A program made the translations under genes and the position numbers. A model generated the notes under the pieces. It was not told where the DNA came from and ran no database searches. It saw only the letters and a list, made by a program, of their open reading frames with translations. From an uncultured candidatus Porisulfidus sp. (GTDB taxonomy: Bacteria; Pseudomonadota; Gammaproteobacteria; Poriferisulfidales; Oxydemutatoraceae), in NCBI GenBank assembly GCA_965215125.1, contig OZ244052.1, forward strand, positions 1,632,001 through 1,696,000: 64,000 nt of DNA, written 5' to 3'. Shown in pieces: positions 1 to 10,400 of the stretch; the stretch's first letter is position 1; every line of letters begins with the position of its first letter.

Positions 1-41
1 CGCAAGCATTGTGTTATCCCACAAAGCCGAGTTTAACCCGC

Positions 42-428
42 TCATATATCTGAGATAGGTGGATGATAAATTATTTGTACACGGTTGCCTTCGGGGTCAA
101 AGCAATAAAAACTGCGTGCATTGTCGCGATGGGTTTTGGGCGGCTTATCTATTTTTACATTATGTTGCGACAGGAACTCGTGCCAGAGGTCTACATCTTT
201 GGCTTGTTTCAATACGATACCGATATGGTCTAAAGCCCCCGTGCCTTCAATATCTTCCACCCGGTGCAATGCCAAATTATCCTGTCCTGAACTCAGATAT
301 AAATTATCCGAATCGGGTTGCCATTCAACCGTGTAGCCAAGCAGATCCACATAAAAGCGTTCGCAAATTTCTATATTCTGCACCTTGAGTGCGACATGAC
401 ATAAACCTATAGCCTTCGGTAGTTTCAT
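42..428 (-). CDS. VOC (glyoxalase/bleomycin-resistance) family protein
   Basis: 128 aa with VOC hallmarks: HVAL..ERFY..LLG, LDHIGI and FYCFDPEGNRVQI. Overlaps the upstream OsmC-family gene by 4 nt. Confidence 0.85.
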   Translation of the reverse strand: MKLPKAIGLCHVALKVQNIEICERFYVDLLGYTVEWQPDSDNLYLSSGQDNLALHRVEDIEGTGALDHIGIVLKQAKDVDLWHEFLSQHNVKIDKPPKTHRDNARSFYCFDPEGNRVQIIYHPPISDI

Positions 429-841
429 TCTTCTATAACTTCGTAGCTGTAATTAATCTCGGCGGTGCGTTCCAACATTTTGGAAACCGACGAATGTTTT
501 TCGGCAGAGTCCTTAACCGCCTGTGCAACGATATTCTCATCGAGTTGGCGACCGCGTACCGTGAAATGTCCGTCTATACGTGTGAAAACAGCAGGCTCGC
601 TATCCGCTCGTTCGGCATTCAATGCTATTTCCACACTGTGTATTGTTTGTCCGGAATCTTTTAATAGCTTGACAATATCAAAACTGCTACATCCACCTAA
701 TCCTACCAGTACCATCTCCATAGGTCTTGCAGCTAGATTGCGTCCGCCTGCTTCGGGTGCACCGTCCATCACTACGCTATGCCCCGAGCCGGTTTCTGCG
801 ACAAAAGACATAGGGTTCATCCATTTAACACATACTTTCAT
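425..841 (-). CDS. OsmC/YhfA family protein
   Basis: Motifs SGHSVVMDGAPEAGGRNLAARPMEMVLVGLGGC and AERADSEPAVFTRI are typical of YhfA-type OsmC proteins. Confidence 0.88.
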   Translation of the reverse strand: MKVCVKWMNPMSFVAETGSGHSVVMDGAPEAGGRNLAARPMEMVLVGLGGCSSFDIVKLLKDSGQTIHSVEIALNAERADSEPAVFTRIDGHFTVRGRQLDENIVAQAVKDSAEKHSSVSKMLERTAEINYSYEVIEE

Positions 842-955
842 TGCATTTCTTAAAAAGTGATCTAAAATTGGTTTTAAGTGTCCCGGCTATAGTCGTTAAA
901 GAATTCGTATTTTCCATTCCAGTTTAATGTGTCCCTAAAAAGATATTCGGGTGTT

Positions 956-1177
956 TTAGCAATGCCCAGAAAGTTGCATATATCCGCAAGTATCTTTATT
1001 ATTCTGAGCGTGTTTATCACCCACTACTTCTATATTGCAATCGTGTTGATGTTGATATCGTCCGCTTCTATTAAAGCCTACAGTGAAAACAGCGTCGCGT
1101 ACATTGTCGATATATTCTTGATATTGAGATAATTCCGTTTCGGATTGTTGCGATGTTTGTGGTTTTTTCGATGCCAT
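956..1177 (-). CDS. Possible small hypothetical protein
   Basis: 73 aa ATG-initiated ORF co-oriented with its neighbours. No recognisable motif. Confidence 0.25.
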   Translation of the reverse strand: MASKKPQTSQQSETELSQYQEYIDNVRDAVFTVGFNRSGRYQHQHDCNIEVVGDKHAQNNKDTCGYMQLSGHC

Positions 1178-1363
1178 TTTGTTGAACGGTAGTGTCTAGT
1201 TTAGAACTTTAAATTATGTCCTACATTATAGCACCTGACTAAAATATAACCTACAAACTATAGGAACGAACCATTCCCCCTGAGAGAGGGCAGGTATATT
1301 AAAACCCGGCTTATTTGATATATTTAATGTTTCTAATGGACACAATATTTAGATTTTGTATAA

Positions 1364-1400
1364 AGTTACGCCGATTGATCTACTGGTTCAATCGGCGGTT
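1364..1400 (-). repeat. REP-like palindrome, family A (CGCCGATTGA-N9-TCAATCGGCG)
   Basis: Hairpin arms at 1369-1378 and 1388-1397, abutting the stop of the giant gene. The same element occurs at 21.8, 40.8, 52.7, 56.5 and 56.7 kb. Confidence 0.75.
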
Positions 1401-4400
1401 ATTGAATAGGACCCTCTAAAAATACTCTGGCGCGTATTCTAATCTCGGTGCTACGAGAAACACCGCGGCTACCGGAATACACAGTCCTCTCATAACCCTG
1501 CATGTCGGTATATGTTACACCGATGCGAAATAAATCTCCTTCCGCTATCGTATGCCCTGATAGGCTGGCCGGGATCGTATAGGAGTTGCCGGTCGCACCG
1601 GAAATGTTCACCCAATTATTTGCATCCGAACAATCGGTTCCGTCGCTACCCCAGCATCGTTGCCATTGATATGCCACAGTACTGCTTAACCCGCCTCCGT
1701 CCGGATCATCCGTTAAGGTCAAACCCGTCAAGGTTAATATCCGTTCGTTATCGTTATCTCTGCTAAGTGTCCCTATATTTGCTTGGCCGTTATCTTTCTT
1801 ATTCACCACCACCGATACCATTGTAGATACGGCTTCGGCGGCGGTGTCGCGCACGACCAACTGCAATGCTAGGGTCTGTTGCGTAAGGGTGCTACTCTTT
1901 ATCAAATAGTCGGGTAGGGTAAAACTGACTTGCCGAGCATTTATGGATGATACGTTTATTCCGTCATGCCCACTGGTCACGCGCCAGCTATAAGTCAAGC
2001 TATCGTTATTTTCATCGGTCGCATCGGCAGTTATGGTGACTTCATCACCCTCTTCCAGCGGTGGTGAGGGCGGGTCAACGGTAATTGTAATGCCACGAAT
2101 GATCGGTGCGATGTTGTCGATCGTAATCGCATCGGATTGAACGGTCGCCGATTGTCCTATGTTGTCCACAATCGTCACATCTAATCTATAGCGTGTGCCT
2201 GCAGTTCGTCCGTTGCCGGGTATTGTATAGCTATTGCCGGTTGCGCCACCTATTATGCTATTGTTTCTATACCACCGATATGTTCTCCGTGCGATGCCGT
2301 TGGCATCCGAAATCCCTGTTGGGTCTCCTTCCAGTTGCCATTGATTAGTGCTGTTTCGGCTTATCATCACGCTACCGGTCGGCTGTGCATCTATCAAAAG
2401 TGCAAAGACTGCCTGTGCCGTGCCACCGGTGTCGTCGGCTGCCGATACGGTCACGGTAAAACCTGTGGTGTTGGTGCTTGCCTCTGCGTTTGTGGGTGTG
2501 AATGTCAATGTGCCGGTGGTACTGAAGTTATAACTTAAGTTATCCGGGTCTACTACGATACTGTATGTCAGTGCATCGTTGTCGGCATCGCTAAAGAAGC
2601 TGCCGGTCTCTAATCTAAATGCTTCTCCTACCGTTGCCACGACCGATGTCGGCACAGACGACACTTGCGGTGGTGTATTGGTTCGCACCACAATTTTCGT
2701 ATTAGTACTGTTATTCTTACTATCGGTTGCGGTAAATGTAATCACCGCTGCTCCGCTTTGCTCGGCAGTTAGCGTGAAGGTGATATTCGTATCGGTCGTT
2801 ATATTGTCGATTTGTTTCGGTGTCACCGACACGATCGTTCGGCTCGATGATTCCGCCGTCAATGTTACTCGATCATCCAAATCAAAATTATTATCCGCTA
2901 CCGAGACCACCACTCGTGCAGTACTTTCCGGTTCTATCGCTTGTCCCGGTGAGGTGATAATCCCAAGCGTTGGGGCTTCGTTTGCTTCCACTTCCACCAT
3001 CAGCCGTTCCGGAACCACAGAGTTCGTCGCACCTCTGTCGTCATCTACTGTCATAGTAATCGTCGCCATACCTACCCTTTTGCCGGCAATTTTAATCGTG
3101 CGAGTTGTATTGTTTCCTTCTGTAGTCACACTTGCGACATCGGTATCATCGGATCGAACGCTTAGCCTTAAACCGGTAGGGAGGTCGTCGGTGTCCGTAT
3201 CGTCTATTGTGATGTCTAACATGGTCTCTGCTCCTTCCAACAATCCGATGGGTTTTGTAGGAACACCGGTAATCGTCGGAGCGGTGTTCCGCTCTACCGT
3301 CACCGAGACCGAAACCGAAGCCGATTCGGTATGTTCGTCGCTAATGGTGATATTGAGCGTTGCCATGCCTGCTTTCAATCCTTTAATTCTTAGAGTTTGT
3401 GCGTCTCTTGTAACACTGCCGTTGGTCATTACTGCTACACTGGTGGTCACCAATTCCACAATATCTTGGTTCTCATTCATTGCGGTTAGCGATAGAGTTA
3501 AGCTATCGTCGGTGTCGGCATCGGATACCGACACTGCAATAGTCTGCTCTCTGCCTTCCTTGACCGAGACTGTGTCGTCAAAAGATGTAATCGTTGGTGG
3601 CACATTGACTCGCACCGGCACGGTTTCACTATTTTTCAACCCGTTGCTATCGGTTGCGGTGAATGTAATCACCGCCTCTCCGCTTTGCTCGGCAGTTAGC
3701 GTGAAGGTGATGCTCGTATCGGTCGTTATATTGTCGGTTTGTTCCGGTGCCACCGACACGATCGTTCGGCTCGATGATTCCGCCGTCAATGTGACACTAT
3801 CGCCTTCATCAAAATCATTATCCGCTACCGAGACGACGATATCGGTCATGTCATTCAATTGCATCGTTGGAACGGTTGGTGGTGTAATCGTAATTATCGG
3901 TTCGCTGCTTTCTTCCAAACCGACATTCAGCAAAACTTCGTCGGATTTTGCGTTATTAAAACCGCTATTGTCTTCTGCTACCAATCTAAAGTTTTTCACC
4001 AACATGGCATCTGGCGTTGGGACTCTGATCGTCAGGTCAAGCATCCTTTGAACATTGCCGGTCGGAGTCCCACTGATAGTAAACGATGCCACGATATTTC
4101 CCTCTCCGTCGAGCGCATCCAGTTTCACGGTCAACTCGTCATTTATATTGCCATCGGACACTACCACACTCAGTGTTGTATTTGTGTCTGCTGCGAGTAA
4201 AATTTCATCGCCATCTCTCGGAGATATAATTTCAGGTTTGGCATTATTTTGACCGGGCAACAAGCTACCACAGCGAGGCAACGGTGTTGCCGCATCGTCA
4301 TCGCAGGCATCGACACCGGCAATCTCGTTATACAGCAATGCCGGATATTGCTCGGTGGTGCCGAAATCCCAATCGTCAGTACTCCAGTTGGCATAGATTC

Positions 4401-7400
4401 CGGTTGCAGCATTGTCATTCGTCGGTGTTTGCAATCCAACGGTCGTTTGAGCGGTACCACCTCCCGGAGAAGCCGTTTGATTACTCGTATTGATATCCCA
4501 ATAGCTATCGGTTACCGGTGGGTTGGATTCGTGTCTATTGCCGATTAGACCGCCAATATTATTATTACTTGAATCGGCTGTCACTCTGACGGTTGAATAG
4601 TTGTTTGTAACGCTTGGATTATTGCCTGTCCATAATACAGCGAGCAGACCACCTACGGCTCGGGAAGGGCTATTGCTAGCAGTGATATGCACAGAACCCC
4701 TTGCATAACTATTGCTAATAGACCCTTGATTCTCGCCGACTAAACCACCGGCTTCCCTTAATCCTGTGCCCCTAGCATTTGCATAGCTATTGATAATTCT
4801 CCCACCGTTGACGCCACAGATACCACCGACCCAACGAAAACCCACCACAGTGCCACGCACATAACTGTTGATAATTAACCCATTTGACCCGCTTACGCCG
4901 ACTAAAAGACCGGCATTGTTCGCTTTTCCCTCAACACGGCTCTCAATCACATGGGTATTGATTAGATTACCCTCGTTGCGACCGACCAGCCCACCGACCC
5001 TATTATTGCCCTCTACTTCTATTTCTCGTAAACCGAGATTGCGAATGGTGCCGGTATTGCTATTGCCGGCAAACATGCCGATCTCGTTAGTACCGTCTCT
5101 ATTGATCTGCAAATTAAAAATGCCATATCCGTTGCCCTCAAAAATACCGGCGAAACATCTGCTACTCGGATCGCTACAATTATTGCCGGCAACAGAACCT
5201 ATAGGATTCCAACCGGTATCGCCGTCGGTATCGAAATTATCCACCGTCCACATTGCCCTATTCGTCATCGCATTTATATAGTTCTCGGCAATCGTGAAAT
5301 CCAAGTCTCTACGCAGTTCATAACCCATACAGGTCTCCATGCCTCCGACTAGCATGCAACCTGCGGCACTTTTAGTCGGGCCTCCGCTTGCTCTATAGCC
5401 GCTACCGTCGGTTTGATAACGCACCGCATGCAAATCTTCTAAATAGTAGATGTCTATCAAGCCGTCGTCATCGTCATCTATATCGGTTCTATTTCTATAC
5501 GGACCTACTACACTAGTAAAACGATTCCCTTGTCCGTCAATAGAAACCACCTGTGCGCGATAGAGAGAGTCACTCGTATCTTGTGTCGGTATGATATATG
5601 TTGCCGAGGTCTCACCGGGAATCGTTGTCCAATCGGTATCACCTGCGCCACGTCGCTGCCAAGCATAACTATCAATCGTGCCGTCGCCGTCGGGATCGCT
5701 TCCTTCTACTATTGCCTCAATGCTTATCATTGATATGGTCACTGTCGTCGTAAAGCCTGGTCCACCATTATCAACCTTTCTGATGGTCAAAGTCTTGGTT
5801 GCACTAGTTTCCACAAAGCCGTCTCCGACGATCAGTTTGATTACGACATCGCGATCTGTGTCATCACGAGGTACAAATCTGATAGGTGCATTAAAACTTA
5901 AATTAGCATTGGTAACGGTTTCCCCGGCCAGCAAAGTCTCCGGCTCCGAAGTCCACCGATAACGATAAATATCACTGTCGCCACCTGTGATCGTTGCAGT
6001 TAGATTAACGGGATCGCCCTCATCCACCGTGTCGGCACCGATTATACTTGTTATTTCTATTGCACTTATAGGATTGTTGACGGTGACGCTATAGGTGACC
6101 GGGTTGGTATCGGTAGGGTCATTGCCGACGACGATTGTCAGAATCGACACCCCTTCTGAGAGAGGAATAGGCATGCTCAACTCGCCACTGCGCTTGCCCG
6201 TAAAATAGTCGGTGCTATCTCCTGTTTTGAGAATTGAAATAGAAGCACCTTGAGGATTGATGCTGTACGGCAATAACTCAATCATGGTTTTATTTACTAC
6301 ATTTATCGTATAGTCGGAAAATATCGAAAGAGAGAAAGGTTTATTCGCTGTTTCAGGCCTACTATCGACAAAGAATAGTAGGTTGCTCAGTCCTTTCTCT
6401 CCCTGATCTAGCAATACACCGCCGCACGGCGGTAGAGCGGTATCGAGGTCGTCATCACACACCGGTGCTATAGAAATGTCGGTCGGCGAAGTATATCTTA
6501 GTATTGGGTATTGCGTTGAGCTACCGAAATCCCAATCGGCAATACGCCAATTTGTATAGATGCCGGTTGCAGCATTTTCATTAGTCGGTGTTTGCAATTC
6601 AGTGCGGGTTTTGGCTTCAATATTGGTAGTAATACCACTATTAACCGTGCTGTCCCAATAGCTAGACTCGATCATCCCGGTTGTCCCGGTAGCGACCAAA
6701 CCCCCGACTGTGCCACCGCCACCGTCAATAAGCCCGTATGCATAACTATTCCTTATCAAGCCTGCGTTATCGGCTACTAAACCGCCGGCACGATTCCGTG
6801 TGCTGTCCTCCGTACAGCCTCCGGATCTGTTTACGCTACCCGCCGCATAGCTATTGACGATGTCACTCCCACTGCCGTTCTCGGCAACCAAACCGCCTAC
6901 ATCGCAAGCCCCGCTGACATTACCCGCCGCATAGCTGTTTCTAATCTTGCCGTGGTTGTTGCCGACCAAACCAGCCGATAATAACGCGCCAGTGGACATT
7001 ACCATTACATCTGCATAGCTGTTGACAATCACGCTGGTCGCAAAACTATGATTAAACGCAACCAATCCACCGACGCTGTGTTGTGATCCCTTAACTTCTC
7101 CTTGCGCATAGCTATTGGTAATAACACCTTCGTTTTGCGCAACCAAGCTACCTACAGAGCCTCTGCCTTCAATATCAACATCCAATATGCCGATGTTTTC
7201 TATCCTCGCCTCCACCGACGATGCTGCAAATAATCCGATATATGCATCATCAACCGTATCTCTATTGATATGTAAATTAGAAATACTATGTCCGTTGCCC
7301 TCAAAAATACCGGCAAAACATCTGCTACTCGAGTCGCTACAACCATTGTTAGTAATAGACCCTATAGGTTGCCAACCGGTATCGCCGGCGGTATCGAAAT

Positions 7401-10400
7401 TATCCACCGTCCACATCGCTCTATTCGTCATCGCATTTATATAGTTCTCGGCAATCGTGAAATCCAAGTCTCTACGCAGTTCATAACCCGAACAGGTCTC
7501 CGTGCCTCCGACTAGCATGCAACCTGCAGTGCTTTTAGTCGCACCTTCGCTTGCTCTATAGCCGCTACCGTCGGTTTGATAACGCACCGCATGCAAATCT
7601 TCTAAATAGTAGATGTCTATCAAGCCGTCGTCATCGTCGTCTATATCGGTTCTATTTCTATACGGACCTACTACACTAGTAAAATGGTTCCCTTGTCCGT
7701 CAATAGAAACCACCTGTGCGCGATAGAGAGAGTCACTCGTATCTTGTGTCGGTATGATATATGTTGCCGAAGTCTCACCGGGAATCGTTATCCAATCGGT
7801 ATCACCCGCACCACGTCGCTGCCAAGCATAACTATCAATCATACCGTCGCCGTCGGGATCGCTTCCTTCTACTATTGCCTCAATGCTTATCATTGATACG
7901 GTCACTGTCACCGTAAAGCTTGGTTCACCACTATCAACCTTCCTGATGGTCAAAGTCTTGGTCGCACTAGTTTCCACAAAGCCGTCTCCGACGATCAGTT
8001 TGATTACGACATCGCGATCTGTGTCATCACGAGGTACAAATCTGATAGGTGCATTAAAACTTAAATTAGCATTGGTAACGGTTTCCCCGGCTAGTAAAGT
8101 CTCCGGCTCCGAAGTCCACCGATAACTATAAATATCACTGTCGCCACCTGTGATCGTTGCAGTTAGATTAACGGGATCGCCCTCATCCACCGTGTCGGCA
8201 CCGATTATACTTGTTATTTCTATTGCACTTATAGGATTGTTGACGGTGACGCTATAGGTGACCGGGTTGGTATCGGTAGGGTCATTGCCGACGACGATTG
8301 TCAGAATCGACACCCCTTCTGAGAGAGGAATAGGCATGCTCAACTCGCCACTGCGCTTGCCCATAAAATAGTCGGTGCTATCTCCTGTTTTGAGAATTGA
8401 AATAGAAGCACCTTGAGGATTGATGCTGTACGGCAATAACTCAATCATGGTTTTATTTACTACATTTATCGTATAGTCGGAAAATATCGAAAGAGAGAAA
8501 GGTTTATTCGCTGTTTCAGGCCTACTATCGACAAAGAATAGTAGGTTGCTCAGTCCTTTCTCTGCCTGATCTAGCAATACACCGCCGCACGGCGGTAGAG
8601 CGGTATCGAGGTCGTCATCACACACCGGTGCTATAGAAATGTCGGTCGGCGAAGTATATCTTAGTATTGGGTATTGCGTTGAGCTACCGAAATCCCAATC
8701 GGCAACACGCCAATTTGTATAGATGCCGGTTGCAGCATTTTCATTAGTCGGTGTTTGCAATTCAGTGCGGGTTTTGGCTTCAATATTGGTAGTAATACCA
8801 CTATTAACCGTGCTGTCCCAATAGCTAGACTCGATCATCCCGGTTGTCCCGGTAGCGACCAAACCCCCGACTGTGCCACCGCCACCGTCAATAAGCCCGT
8901 ATGCATAACTATTCCTTATCAAACCTGCGTTATCGGCTACTAAACCGCCGGCACGATTTCGTGTAATGTCCTCCGTACAGTCCCCGGATCTGTTTACGCT
9001 ACCCGCCGCATAGCTATTGACGATGTCACTCCCACTGCCGTTCTCGGCAACCAAGCCACCTACATCGCAAGCCCCGCTGACATTACCCGCCGCATAGCTG
9101 TTTCTAATCTTGCCGTGGTTGTTGCCGACCAAACCAGCCGATAATAACGCACCAGTGGACATTACCGTCACATCTGCATAGCTGTTGACAATCACGCTGG
9201 TCGCAGAACTATGATTAAACGCAACCAATCCACCGACGCTGTGTTGTGATCCTTTAACTTCTCCTTGCGCATAGCTATTGGTAATAACACCTTCGTTTTG
9301 CGCAACCAAGCTACCTACAGAGCCTCTGCCTTCAATCTCAACATCCAATATGCCGATGTTTTCTATCCTCGCCTCCAACGACGATGCCGCAAATAATCCG
9401 ATATATGCATCATCAACCATATCTCTATTGATCTGTAAATTAAAAATGTTGTTATTGTTGCCGTTGAATGTGCCGGCAAACGGGGCAGCTACGGTTGCTA
9501 TAGGCAACCAGCCGGTATCCGTATCATCGGTAGAATCATCTACCGTCCACTCGCTTTTATTTGATGTCGCATCCGCATAGCTATCGTCCGCATTAAAATC
9601 CAAGTCTCTTAATAGTTCGTAGCCGGTGCATGTATCGGCAGGACAACCCAAGACGATTTTATCTACGGTGATATTGTCCGACCCGGGATTTATTCTATAA
9701 CCGCTACCGTCCGCTTGATAGCGTAGCACATCTAAATCTTCCAAATAACGAATGTCTATCAAGCCGTCGTCGTCGCCGTCCACGTCTATAGGAAACGGAC
9801 CTAGCGTATATTCTTTGTTATATCCTTGTCCGTCGGTATGATTCACCACCACGCGGTAGCGGATGGTACTAGGAGGAGTGCCCGACACCGTGTAGCGATT
9901 GGTAGCGGAAAGATCTGTCCAGCTATTATGACCTTCGTCTCGGCTTTGCCATTGATATGTAAATGTCCCTATACCGTCCGGATCGTCTGCGTTAGAAGTG
10001 ATGCTTAATAAAGTAGGACTGACGGTCAATTCCAGTTGTGGTTCGCCGTTGTCGACTTTGTTAACGGTTAGCACAAGTTCGGCGGAGGCTATATCGAAAC
10101 CGTCGTCAACCGTTATCGTGTAGACGATGCTTTGCATCGTTTCACCGACATCTAAAAAGGTATCGGGTACCGTGAAAGTGACAATTGCATTTGTGCCTTG
10201 TCCTTGATCCAGCACCGTGTCTCCCTGTTGCAGCGAATATTCATAGTTCCCGCTACCGTTGTCGAACACGGCTCTAAACATAATATCGTCCCCCTCGCTA
10301 ACGGTAGCAGTAGGGGGTATAGTGCCGAAGAAGGCAATTCCAACAGGATTCTGAGGTCCTTTTATCAAATTAAAATTATATGTCACCCCCTCTGCCATAA

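Noticed and set aside
2579-4051. 490-aa + strand ORF, and many similar short + strand ORFs across 1.5-32 kb
   Set aside because: These are antisense shadows of the giant genes. They are Val/Ser-rich mirrors of Thr/Asp codons and recur wherever the sense repeats recur.
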